A DNA stretch of 64,000 bases, taken from contig CM035352.1 of NCBI GenBank assembly GCA_020137815.1, positions 8,742,001 through 8,806,000 on the forward strand, written 5' to 3'. The notes under the pieces are model-generated. The model was not told the DNA's origin, ran no database searches, and saw only the letters and a list, made by a program, of their open reading frames with translations. The translations under genes and the position numbers were made by a program. The DNA comes from Hormiphora californensis. Its lineage: Eukaryota > Animalia > Ctenophora. Numbering within the stretch: position 1 is the stretch's first letter; each line of letters begins with the position of its first letter. Positions 47,256 to 59,125 of this stretch are shown here, in pieces.

Positions 47256-48659
47256 TCACAGATACTTGAACCGTTTCAGACAAGTTTCCAGGCCCTGTGT
47301 AGTATCCTCAGTCACCACACAATACATTTCCTGATTAGAAATATCCTGGGTATACCTCAACTGGTGACCATTCCTCAGCATCTCCCGGTACGTCTCAAAG
47401 GAGTCGTAAGGGTCCAGCAATCTCTTACTAACCAACTCCATAACTCTCCCGTCAATTGGGACAACTTTGTCCTTGTGTCTAAAGTGAATCAGTTTGAAGG
47501 AGTAAAGGAAGGAGAAAATAGGGAGTTTAGATAGCCGGGAGAGGGTATCTAGAGGGTAGTAGAAGAAGAGGAGATCTACTAGAGACCAGTGTTTGTCTAC
47601 TGCTCCAATAACAAAGGAAGGCTCTGAGGGTCCAATAGGAGCCACGGGTGGGGTTAGGAAGTAGTGGGTGGATGATGTATTAGTAATCTCCTTCACCATC
47701 CATCCATCCACGTGCTCATGTCCAAAGAACGTTGCGGATATCCGATTAGAATGGGAGCTTGTTATCTGATTATACCTCTCCACACTCCTCCACCCAGTTT
47801 TGTGGGTGTCATACCACTTGTCCAGACTGGCAACACTGACTCCAGGGGGAGAGTGCCCGATAATAATCGCTTTCCTATCCTCCTCCATACCGGACAATAC
47901 ACCCTCCAACCACTCTAACTGTTTAGCCCCATCGCCCCGGACTAGATCCACCGTGTTTAGGGAGATTATCTTCAGACGAGGACTGTGATTGAAGTCGTAG
48001 TACCCCGGACTATCTCTAAATGTCTTGCCCGCCCTCTCCCTCTCTCCCAGGGGACCACCCATGGTAGTGGACATCTGACCCCAAACTAATTCCATCCACT
48101 CAGAACTGAGTTTATCTGGTATCTCAGTTTCCCCTAGTGTACTATACAGTGGTACACCATTCAGATTGTCTCTTGCCATTTTGTAAAACTCGTTCAGCGT
48201 TGCAGTTGTCTCCTTCTCTCCCTCCACCGACCTACCAACGGAACCACCCAAATTTAGTACAAACTCCAACCGTCCAGTTGTGGCAGTCTCCTTACCAATT
48301 GCCGCCAGCTGGGATAGAGTTTCATTCGCCAAACTGGCACTTGAATCACACCCCGTCACACCGTACTTACTGGGGTAGTGTGATACAGCACCGGCATGCC
48401 CCTTCAAACACATTGTACTGCTCTGTTTAACATCCAAATGTACATCTGCAATAACCCCAAAATAATATCCCTCGTAATTTAGTTCAAATGTTTTCAGCTC
48501 CACGTTGACTGCCTTTTCGTATACCGTTATGGCAACTAGAAGAGAGAAGATGACAGAGAGAAGGACAACTGAGGCAAGGGCAGGTCTGATGTCACTGTGA
48601 CAGAGAACACGGTACCATGGTAATACCACCTCCGCCTGCTCCTCTTTTTCAGGATCCAT
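47256..48659 (-). CDS. SMPDL3/acid-sphingomyelinase-like metallophosphoesterase, copy B (degenerate motifs), N-terminal TM
   Basis: 467-aa ORF; ADVHLD, YGVTGCDS, GYY..ISLNT, QLEWLE, IIGHSPPG, FFGHEHVD. Confidence 0.85.
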   Translation of the reverse strand: MDPEKEEQAEVVLPWYRVLCHSDIRPALASVVLLSVIFSLLVAITVYEKAVNVELKTFELNYEGYYFGVIADVHLDVKQSSTMCLKGHAGAVSHYPSKYGVTGCDSSASLANETLSQLAAIGKETATTGRLEFVLNLGGSVGRSVEGEKETTATLNEFYKMARDNLNGVPLYSTLGETEIPDKLSSEWMELVWGQMSTTMGGPLGERERAGKTFRDSPGYYDFNHSPRLKIISLNTVDLVRGDGAKQLEWLEGVLSGMEEDRKAIIIGHSPPGVSVASLDKWYDTHKTGWRSVERYNQITSSHSNRISATFFGHEHVDGWMVKEITNTSSTHYFLTPPVAPIGPSEPSFVIGAVDKHWSLVDLLFFYYPLDTLSRLSKLPIFSFLYSFKLIHFRHKDKVVPIDGRVMELVSKRLLDPYDSFETYREMLRNGHQLRYTQDISNQEMYCVVTEDTTQGLETCLKRFKYL

Positions 48660-48967
48660 CGGCTGAAGGAGAGTTAGTAGTGGGGGTTTAGGAATTGGGG
48701 AGAGAGAGTTAGTTTTAGTGGGGGTTTAGGAATTGGGGAGGGAGAGTTAGTTTCAGTGGGGATTTAAGAATTGGGGAGGGAGATTTAATGGAGTCAAAAC
48801 ACTGGTGTTGAGTTAAAATATGCAATTTAAAACGAAACATATACAGCTGTGAATTACAAAATAGTTTTCTAGGCGTGAATATATATTATCTTTAAAACTT
48901 TTCATAAATATATTTTATCGAAAATCAAGAAAAACAAACCCCAGGTCTCAAAGAACTCCCTAATTAC

Positions 48968-50416
48968 TTAATCAGAGTCATCACCACTCTCATCTGTATC
49001 AGGAAAGATGCTCTTATATTTAAACTTCTCAAAACATCCTTCGATCCCAGTTAGGGAATTCTGTGTAAGCACACAGTACATCTTATAAGGACTGAGCCGT
49101 GCAGGTAGATACGCCAACTGATAGCCCAACTCAGTAAATGTATTAAATGTCCTCTGCATGTCAAGGGGGCGAATAAGTCGTGACGTCACTGTTTTTAGTA
49201 CCCCTGCTGACAGGATAGTGTCCTTATTCTCAATGGGTCGATCAAAGAATTTCTCCTTCAGTGAGAATAGAAACCGGAACACTGGTGTGAGGTTCTGTCG
49301 GGTATAAAATTCAATGGGAGTATAGTAGGTCCAGATATCAAGAAGGCTCCAGGTGGGACTAACAGTCAGAACATGGAATGATGGCTCATTTTCATACAGC
49401 GGTGAGATTGCTGAGAGGATGAAATAGGAGGGCGGTATTGGCTTCTCAACCCCGATATACCACGAAAAGGAATGGGAATGGGAGAAGAGAGTGAATCTGA
49501 TGACCCCTGAATATCTACTAACAATATCATTGAACCTTGCTGTGTATTCTTCCCTCCACATGACTTGTCGAAACCATAGCATCCTCTCAGTTTGGAATTG
49601 TGAGAGAGAGGATGAAATGTGGCCTAGAATAATGACACCACGGTGAGCAGTTTTGGCTCGATTCAGAGTATTTTCCAACCACACAAACTGAGTCTCTACC
49701 TCTTCTTTCGTAATGTTAGTTTTTACAGAAAATGCCACAGTGTTCAGACCAATGACGTCCAATTTGGGTGCGTGATTGATACTATAATATCCCCCTCGCT
49801 CGAAACTCTCTCTTGCCCCCGTCGTCTCCCTGCCCCTCATTAGCAACCTAAACTGTTCCCAGACCTCTCGATAAAACCTGCGGTGTTGGTCAGGTTCCAG
49901 ATAGTCAAGAGGCATATCATTGTTTCCTAGCACACTATAAACCGGCACCAACATCGTCTCCTCACCAGCGAAGAGAACGGTTATGTTTTTAAAACACTCC
50001 ATTGTCCCAGAGTATTCCGTTTCAGCATGGGATGAGAAATCACCAATATTGACGAGAAACTCAGTGTCCCCCAACTGCAACATTTTGTTGTAAAACGATT
50101 TGATTGAGTGTTTTGCGAGTCCATACGACGAATCACAGCCCCGAGCCCCGTAAGTTGTTGAGTTGTAATGGTTGTGCCATGTGACTGACCCATTGAATTC
50201 CATTTTAGGGCAGCCTGTAACATTTTGTCTCCTCTCCAAATGGAGATCTGAGATGACACCAATCTTAGAGTAGGAGGAGTAGTCTAGTTCATTTGCTGTT
50301 AACTCTCTGTAGAGGTTCGCCTGGACATAAACATTCCATGTGAGGTAGAGGGTGAGAAGAGAGAGTATAACCACAGCGGCAATACCGCTCCACGTGTTGC
50401 GAGATATCAATATCAT
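48968..50416 (-). CDS. SMPDL3/acid-sphingomyelinase-like metallophosphoesterase, copy A, N-terminal TM
   Basis: 482-aa ORF; SDLHL, YGARGCDS, GDFSSH, VLGNND, GGYYS, QFVWLE, ILGH, FSHSH, AISP..NEPSF. Confidence 0.88.
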   Translation of the reverse strand: MILISRNTWSGIAAVVILSLLTLYLTWNVYVQANLYRELTANELDYSSYSKIGVISDLHLERRQNVTGCPKMEFNGSVTWHNHYNSTTYGARGCDSSYGLAKHSIKSFYNKMLQLGDTEFLVNIGDFSSHAETEYSGTMECFKNITVLFAGEETMLVPVYSVLGNNDMPLDYLEPDQHRRFYREVWEQFRLLMRGRETTGARESFERGGYYSINHAPKLDVIGLNTVAFSVKTNITKEEVETQFVWLENTLNRAKTAHRGVIILGHISSSLSQFQTERMLWFRQVMWREEYTARFNDIVSRYSGVIRFTLFSHSHSFSWYIGVEKPIPPSYFILSAISPLYENEPSFHVLTVSPTWSLLDIWTYYTPIEFYTRQNLTPVFRFLFSLKEKFFDRPIENKDTILSAGVLKTVTSRLIRPLDMQRTFNTFTELGYQLAYLPARLSPYKMYCVLTQNSLTGIEGCFEKFKYKSIFPDTDESGDDSD

Positions 50417-50748
50417 TGAGATGGTGCTACCATTCTGATGTTACATTCTGAATGGAGGTGGTTTAGTGGAGGAGAAGGGAGGGGAGTTAGATTTTTAGTG
50501 GTGGGCTATTAAATAAAACAAGACGTTTTTAGCTTATATAAATACAGATACTTTTACAAAAAAACATAAATAATCACGCGTGTGTGTTAACAATAAACAA
50601 GGCACTATTGATATATATGAATAAAATACTAGGGGGGATTAGGGGTGTATCATACAAGTTTCTACACGCCATTCTCACTGATAACATATAATAATTGAAA
50701 ACACACACTTCTAACTAAGTGACTGATTTAGCTATAATATATCTCCCA

Positions 50749-51978
50749 CTATGTCATAGCTGTGGTTGTGAGTTTTAGGGGAGCTAGAACATCATTTGAC
50801 AACTGTCTATTATTGACCATCAGCTGAAGGGGCGAGTCAACACGGAGCATATTGAAGGAATACTCATCCGGTCCTAGCACCATATCCACTGTAGACCGTT
50901 GGGGGAAGGGAATCGTTAGGATGTCCCCTAGTTTTGGAGCTTTTCCAGTGTCAATATTGTAGATGTTCACTGCAAAGCAGGTGTACTGGGTGTCGAGACA
51001 GATACACACAAAAGGTGTTTGACCAACTGGTACCACACTGCTGACCAGTACACAGTTGATGGCCTTGTCCTTGTTGGGTCCATTCTCTAGATCATTAAAG
51101 GGTACCATGGTCACTTGGGTCGTTGGGTTCTGCGAGCACGATTTCTCTTTCAGATTTTTCATCAAAACACCGACTTTCTTAGCCTTCAGCTTCCCTTTGT
51201 TGACAACTAGTCCGTGTGTTTTAACAATCTGTTCTTTCAGTCCTTCCAACTCCTTCTGACAATCAGAAAACCGGGGATCAATAGCCAGCGCCTCGGTGAA
51301 GTAGCTGATAGCATTTCTGTAGTCGTCAAGGTATTTCGAAACGATAGCTTTGTTGTAATAGTAATCCGGGTCAGACAAAACTTTCTCATCGTCGCTTGCT
51401 TTTGTGTAGGCGTTCAAGGAGCACTTGAGAACGTTTGAAGCTTGGCCACACAGGAAGAATTGAGCTAGGTATGCGTTACCGAGAATGTACCACGATGTCC
51501 CATCTGAAACGTCAAGTGAGACGGCTTCCTTACTGATTCGAACTGTCTCTTCAATTTCCTCTTTGGTCAATCCAACCTTGTGTCGCATCACTATGGAAAG
51601 ATTCCGAAGCGACACTTTGTTTTTCTGCTGACTGAGCGCCCTCTCAAAACAGTTTCTGGCACCTTTTTTGTCACCTTTCTTCCAGATGCAGTCACCAAGT
51701 TCATTCCAAAGTTCGAACATTGTGGGGTTCATTTTTGCTGTATCCACAAGAATGGACTCGGCTTTCTCGCTGTAGGAGTTTCCCACATTCAAAGCTCTGC
51801 CCTTTAAATAACTGGAAATGTGATCTTCAAGAGATAGGGATTCAATCTGAAGAAGGGTTTCGGAGAGCCGCTTTTCTAACCATTGCTGTTTTTCTACATC
51901 TGTCGATCCGAGGTTGTTTTTGAAAAAGTATGCTTCGTCCCTTGCTAAACTTCGAATTGTAGCCTCACCAGCTTCCAT
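50749..51978 (-). CDS. TTC5: TTC5/Strap TPR-OB protein, single exon
   Basis: LKGRALNV...AE..L...K.NP...WNELGDCIWKKGD...A..CF; NKVSLRNLSIVMR; DGTSWYILGNAYL; C-terminal OB domain LGDILTIP...LRVDSP..L.VN. Confidence 0.92.
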   Translation of the reverse strand: MEAGEATIRSLARDEAYFFKNNLGSTDVEKQQWLEKRLSETLLQIESLSLEDHISSYLKGRALNVGNSYSEKAESILVDTAKMNPTMFELWNELGDCIWKKGDKKGARNCFERALSQQKNKVSLRNLSIVMRHKVGLTKEEIEETVRISKEAVSLDVSDGTSWYILGNAYLAQFFLCGQASNVLKCSLNAYTKASDDEKVLSDPDYYYNKAIVSKYLDDYRNAISYFTEALAIDPRFSDCQKELEGLKEQIVKTHGLVVNKGKLKAKKVGVLMKNLKEKSCSQNPTTQVTMVPFNDLENGPNKDKAINCVLVSSVVPVGQTPFVCICLDTQYTCFAVNIYNIDTGKAPKLGDILTIPFPQRSTVDMVLGPDEYSFNMLRVDSPLQLMVNNRQLSNDVLAPLKLTTTAMT

Positions 51979-52069
51979 TTACCTACAATAGGCATGATTT
52001 TAGTGCAATAAACAAGCGTTAACTAACAAACAAAGGTCACACGACCAAAAAAAGTGAAAAAAATTTAGT

Positions 52070-52085
52070 GCGCGGGATTTTCAAA
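52070..52085. promoter_or_regulatory. E2F/CHR-like promoter motif upstream of TTC5
   Basis: GCGCGGGATTTTCAAA plus further CGCG motifs at ~52118-52170 in an otherwise AT-rich spacer. Confidence 0.45.
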
Positions 52086-52445
52086 ACGACAAAATTTCTG
52101 AAAATCAAGTTCTTTACTCGCGCGCAGCGCGTCTTTTACTCGCATCGTAGGTTTTGTTTTTACGCGCGTTCCAACAAACCAAAAATAATTGTCGTATTGA
52201 CTTTCTCTGTGAGCAGGTAGGAGGACATTTTTTGCTTCGGTTTTTTAATACCAATATTAGTGTGCAAAATAAAACAAACATTCTCTCAAAAACACGATAT
52301 GATTCAATTTTACAACTTCAAAACAGGTTTTTCTTTCGAGATTCAAACCCTTGTCTTCCCAATAACATCAGTAATATTCAAACAAAAACAATTCAACCCT
52401 AATCAATCTAAATTAAGTCATATTTGACGTCCCATTCATATTTCC

Positions 52446-53744
52446 CTATCCTGAAATTTGAGCATACTTTCTCCTTTGTCCTTCTCTGACGGAGAAAAGA
52501 GCTGCAAAGACGCAGATAAACTCGAGGACAAACCCAGCAATCAGGATAAAGACAGAGAACTGGATTGCATTGGAAGCAAATCCAGTGGCAGCATCTCGAC
52601 ATCCCTCACTAAACGCGTTATCAGTGGTACAGTCGGCAGTGGTGGTGGAGTTATCGCCACTTTCACAGCAACTAGCAGGCAGGGTGCTACCCCAGGTGTC
52701 ATCTCCATTCTCCAATCTGAAAAGAGGGGTGTTGTATTGGATATGATCCTACTATCCTAGTGGAACTTAGGGGGAACTTGGAGTTAGGTTTATATAACTT
52801 TTTTTGTAATTAAAATTTAAAATTTAAACAAACGGATTGGGTCCGTATATTAAACTTACCCACAACACTCCAACTGGGTCTGGATGACATTGATAATATC
52901 CTGTTCAGCAGGGGTAAGATCATCATAAGCGGTGCCGTTCATGGTCTTGTTCATGTATCCCTCGATCTCAGAAGTGATCTCATCCTTCTTCAGAAACTCT
53001 GGAGGAGAGAAAGGGGGTTGATATATTCAGAATATTCAGAATATTCAGAATATAGTATTATATTCTAACTCTGGGAGAGTTGTTCTAACTCTCCTCTAAG
53101 TTTACTAGTTGAGTAATACTCAATAATCCTATGCAGGTAAGAGAGGATCGAGCAAGGCAAAGAGGATTGTGAAATCACTCAGACAGTAGTAACTGTTTAA
53201 ATTCTAGGGCGATCTTGTTTAGTAGCTCTTGGTTACACATGTGCGAAATTACCAACGTCACAATTACACCCAATCACACCTGCAATAACTCACCGACAAC
53301 GAAGAAAACAAGTTGAAGTACAGCAATGATGATGATCAGGATGACATACACTTTTCCAACCAGGATGGAGCCATTGAATCCAGCAAACCATCCGAAGGCA
53401 CCAACAATAATAATGATCACCCCCGTTATTAGGACACCATAGCACACCAACTCCAAGTCATAACTGGGAGGGGAAGGAAGAGTGTAAATTATGGAGCTTA
53501 TTTTAAACACAATGAATTGATTAATTTGTTGATTTAGTAACACTATATTTAATCGTTGTTTATCTTAAATTAAATTAGTTTCGCATTTCAATTACCACAC
53601 TTACCCTCCTGAGTATTCGTTAATTTTGGCCTGGTTCAAGATTCCCATGACACCCGCGATACACACCAGGATTCCGACCAGAATGGTGATGGTGTTCACT
53701 GCAATTAGCACATAGCTACCAGTCTTCTCGCCACGGAAACCCAT
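52446..53744 (-). CDS. Tetraspanin. Exons ~53744-53605, 53464-53294, 52998-52860, 52717-52446
   Basis: Four TM segments; IQTQLECCG, LPASCC and EGC in the large extracellular loop. Confidence 0.9.
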
Positions 53745-54149
53745 CTCTTAGGTAAACCTACTTAACAGGGAGGGGTGAGATGGGCCACTCAAGGGGAGGG
53801 AGATAGGAGCTAGATTAGAGCAGCATATTTCGCAACAACATATAATAGTCCTCGAATTTAACACATATTTAATCAAGAAAAGATTTCAATTTCAATGTAG
53901 CTGATTAAATTGATTGCAAGACGTTCAAAGATCAATTTTAGTTTAATGAAAAACAAACATACTAAAATAAAGCTGACAAATTCGACAATGGCACTAATGT
54001 AAAAGTTTCCGTAGCAGCAGCAGGTGAGAAAAGCACAGTAGTGGATGATGACCCTGTCTGACGCAATGTTTTTGCAAAACACCTGTTCAGAGAGAAAGAA
54101 AGAGAGGGAGATTGAAAAATAGACAGTAAGAAAGAGACCGAGTAAGAGA

Positions 54150-54151
<2 letters not shown>

Positions 54152-54226
<75 letters not shown>

Positions 54227-54286
54227 GAGAGGAGGGAGAGGAGAGAGAGAGAGGGAGAGAGAGCGGAGAGAGAGAGAGCGAGAGAG

Positions 54287-54346
<60 letters not shown>
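54152..54346. repeat. (GA)n microsatellite
   Basis: Direct reading. Confidence 0.95.
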
Positions 54347-54350
<4 letters not shown>

Positions 54351-54916
54351 GTGTTTGCTGCGGCACAAGACAAACACAAGATGATGTGATTGTTAGTTTT
54401 ACCCGGGACACACACAAGGCCATGGTTATACTGACCGGACAGGGAAACACTAGACACACACAATTGACACTCTGTTATATGGCGCTATTCATGAAACAAT
54501 TAGGTCGACAGTTTCCGGCTACTAATGCATATCGGAAGTCACATTACATACCTGGTGAAGTGAAGTGGAAATTGTAATACACCGCACGGTATGAATATAT
54601 TCTAAACACACCGTGTGATCATCCGGTCACCACACCATACCATACACCACACCGGGCTGAACTGCATGCCGTCTTAATCCGGCCCTTCTCCGGTATAATA
54701 CATGTCGATTATAAGGTCTGGCCATAAATGCTACTGCTAGGGAGAAAATAGAAAGTTAGTTTAAAGGGAAAGCAAGGTGATGGGGCAGGGATTAGAAGAC
54801 TGAGTAGTATAGAAAGAGGAATAAAATGTTTCTGAGCTGATAATATGTAATTTATCTACAGTTGTGTATGTACAAAAACGTAGTCCTTCTCTCTCTCTAT
54901 CCGATAAAATCTCTGT

Positions 54917-57900
54917 CTATTTCTTCTTTTTCGCTCCCTTTGGACTTTTTGGTTTCTTTGCGGAGACGGGTTTGGGCGAGGGTGAGGATGCTGGGTCAGG
55001 TTCCATGGCTGCTGCTCGGGCTGCCTCCTCAGCAAGCTGCTTCTGTCGGAGAGTGTCCCTGAGGGACAGGATATCTTCCCTCCTCGTGTCAAGCTCAATC
55101 TGAAAATAGAACATCATATTTAGGGCTTACATTTTCAATTATTTTTTAGTCAAAGATAATATCACAGACAGCTGACAATATCAAGATTACATAGTCAGAT
55201 GAGAATATAATGAAGATAGTCAGTTGATATAAAACACAGACCTGCATAGTTTCAGCGATGGACAGTAGACCCTCCTTCATCTCATTCCTAGTGGCCCTAT
55301 CTTCAGTCCTAGCTACTAACACATCCCTCCTCTCCTGATGGAAGTCCTCAACTCTGTTCTTACTCTCCTCCCGAACCTGCTCATGCTTCTCCTCGTCAAA
55401 CAATTCCGGGTATTCACACTCACCACTGGAATGGGGGGGGGGGGGGGAGTTGGGGTGAGGTGGAGGGGGGGGGGGGGGTATTCACACTCACCACTGGAGG
55501 GGGAGGGGGGAATTGAGTTGAAGTGGGGGGAGGGGGGGGGGGGGGTATTTTGATCAAATCATCCAGGAAACCATAGTTAGAAAACTTAAAACCGCACCCT
55601 CCTTACGGTGTGGCTGTTGCCCGTTACAATCAAACATAAACAAACAGACACTCCCTATACCTGACAAATGGTCTAAATGAGGCAGGAATCTCATAGAACT
55701 TTGGAGTCTCTGCTCTAGTACTTTCCGGGAACACTGCAGAGGCTCCACCAGCAACAACTCCAGTTGTTGAGTCCTGGTCTTCTGGCAGTTTGCCTACTTT
55801 ATCAGCCACCTCCTCTTTTACAGATTCGGTATCAGCTGATTCCTCTGCTTTTCTTGCTAGGTACTTCTCACGTAGTGCACGGGCCTAAAAACAAAGAAGG
55901 GAGAAAAGAATCAATCGAAGGTTATTGGGGGGGCAAGAACATAGACTTTATGGGATACACAAATGAAATATCAGGTGACATCTTCACACCTTGGCAGCCC
56001 GTCCTGGTTGGAGTTCTTCCCAGGTTGCCTTTATGCTCTTCATCTCATCCTCCCTCTGGGTGTCTCTCCTTAGAATCACTTCGTCACCTAATTCTGGGCG
56101 GTTAGTATGTGAACACGGGACACAATACAAGGAACTAGGGAAATAGGAGAGAATTAACTAACTATAGAGAGTGGGAGAGAGAGGGAGGACAGAGGAAGAG
56201 AGATGGAAAGAAAGCGAGAAACTGCAAAATGATAATCAGAAACAACTACCTGAGTCACAACAAACTCTCAGCGTCCAAAAGGGTTTAGATTCATCAAAAG
56301 CGGGTGAGGGAGGTTTCCCTCCCGCTTTGCCAGCCACCTTCTTCGGATCAGACTTCTCTTCCTTCAACGTTCGCTTCTTGTTTGGCGTCGAAGGCTTTTC
56401 CTCAGGAATGCTCCCTGACATTGGCCGCTCTGATGCTGCGAGGTACAACAGTATTCAGGTTTGTGTTGTTTTGTTTAAACCAATGTTTGGGGCACGGATT
56501 TGATCAACCGAACCCGCACAAAGCGCGAAATAAAATACGGTGTGAGTCACACAATAGTAGATACGGGGCGCTTGCCAGCGCTGTGATGTTTTATTGACTT
56601 ACACTGGTCGCCAGCCTCCTTTGCCTGAAGTTGAGTTAACACATCTTGCCAGGGAGAGGTGTTCTTTGCCCATGAATCTCGGAGCACTGTCGCTTGGATC
56701 ACATAGTGATGGTTCTGAAATGATATAATTCGTGAATACAATACATTGTAATTAAGGATATCACCAGCAATCGCCATAGCGGGTCATAGCTTTACCTCCT
56801 GATATGATAGAAACTTTATTTTCTGAGTGTAGATAATATATCTTATCGTGTATTTTATATACCCGATGGAAAGTGCTCTTCCCACAAAGTAACACCCCTT
56901 CCAATGTATTCTATAACAATTCTATAAATATCGTAGCTTTTCCATTCCCTTTTCTTGTATTTGCTCTCACCCGGACAGAACAACAAAAGCACTCCTCTCT
57001 TTAGTGTTACTCTCCCTCCCTTTTCTATGATAGTTGAGTTTTCTGTGATTTGTGGAACATCCTTATCTAAAAGTTCGCCACAGTTATATGTAGAGCTACC
57101 TACGCAACTTAGTAGTAGACAGCTTAGACCATGCTGGCTTCCAGTGCATTAATTCGGTACTGTTTCTCTAACCTAATCGTCCAATTCTATAGCGAAGATG
57201 TTATTCCCACCGGGGATACTTCTAATCCTTCTTCTTGGATTAGCAGTCTCTCTACAACTTCCTATCAAGGGTGCCACTTCTAGGACTAGGACTGATCTAC
57301 CATCACGTGCTTTGGACGGCGATACAAACACATACTACCACTCGGGAACTGATAATCAACCGGAATGGCTCGAGCTCACACTACTGCATAGTGGCTTCAG
57401 AGTCTTGAAAGTAGTAGTCGTTAACAGGTTGGTTTACGGCTTACGGATCTCTGATCCCAGAACTACCAGATAAATCAGCCAGATAAATAGCATTACAAAT
57501 TGTGTGCTTTTCTAGTCGCGTGCAGTGTCTCACATGTGTATCTGGCCTGTGCCCTGTCTGGCGGTTCCTGGAATATATAGCCTTCCCTAATCCCTATTTA
57601 TCAAAATTTTTGAAATTCAAAAATGTGCCCCCTAGAATATGTTGACGACATCATAACTAGAGGGGAATCACCTTAGAATAACATCTTGAATGAATGCAGA
57701 GCTGCCGCATCCGGCCTAAAATTGTGCGAGTGTTTGCGATCCAATGCAAATGTTTGCGATTGATTGCAAATAGTTGCGATAAAATGCGATTGCGACATAA
57801 TGCGATTGTTTGCCACCACTTGCTAATAAATGCGATAGAATGCGAACGAATTCAATGTTTTGCTACTAAATGCGATCTCATGCGATCTCATGCGAATGAA

Positions 57901-59091
57901 TGCTAATTCATTACGGATACTCTCCGCCAAATTCGCAAAAAATCGCAAAAAATCGCATGAAATAGCAAAGTATAGCAAGTCATCGCGAATCATTGCAGAC
58001 ATTCGCAAACGTTCGCAAACGTTCGCAAACGTTCGCATAATTTCCGACCGCTTGCGGCAGCGCTACTCAAACTCTTCGAAAATTTTCGAGTCGTCAGATT
58101 GCAGTAAAAGGTGTCCTCTAGACATCCTAGGGGACACATTTTTGAGATTTTGTTTCAAAACAGCTCCGAATGGACAAATAGGGAAGGCTATTCCATACCC
58201 CAATTCGATTCGCAGTGCGGCTATCTGGCGGCTCTCCCTGATAGAACTTGCAAAATCAAGTAGTTAATTTACTTTCTCATCAGGTTAAGCACTAGCACAA
58301 GCACTTCTGAGCGACTTCTTGGCACAACAATTTCACTAATTGGTGCTACAACAAAAACCATATGTGGGACTATCAACTCTGTTAGCGCTAATGGAGAATC
58401 CGTTGAAGACCAGACCTATACTATCGACTGTCCTCCGACCACCGAACCAACCACCACTGTATACCTATATGATGACGAGATGTCTAGTTTAGAGGGCCAG
58501 GGGACCATCTACAATTGGCTTATTATGAACATTGCAGAAGTTATGGTATACGGTAAACAGCGTAAGTAATAACCCAAATATACGAGCGAACGAGAAGGGG
58601 GAGGGGAGTGTAAACTTAAAAAACCTTATTTTAATTAATTTGCTGAAATCAACTACAAAAGTGAGGGCACACTTTTGTAGTAGCTGCACTTTTCTTTGCG
58701 CTTGCCAGCGCATATATAAAACGAACGCTTCCCCAGTCACATTGGTAAGTAGTGACGTAACATGACCAAATAAGGTGACGTCACATGCCCAAATAAGGTC
58801 AAAACTAACCTTTTTCCTGCCACTATCTGGTTCGGGTATGGGAGGTGCAACTCGGGTTCTTCCGGGGGACTTCGTTCCGCCACTTTTAGCACCTGATTGA
58901 CGTCCTGTCACTCAGTTAGAAAGGGAAAAAAGAGGGAAGCCAGGAAGAATGAAGAGAGGACAGTGAGGCAGAAAGATGCGTCGGGAATTATAGTGGAGAG
59001 ATGGGGTTGAGACTTGGCAGCACGCCACGTACAGGGTTGAGACAGATGGTGAGCCGAGAGAGAGGAGGTAGGGAGAAAGGGCGGGAGAGAG

Positions 59092-59125
<34 letters not shown>

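Noticed and set aside
54550-54740. Possible small gene between ADGB and tetraspanin (acceptor then ATG at ~54725)
   Set aside because: ORF is only ~32 codons with no recognisable similarity; may be UTR sequence
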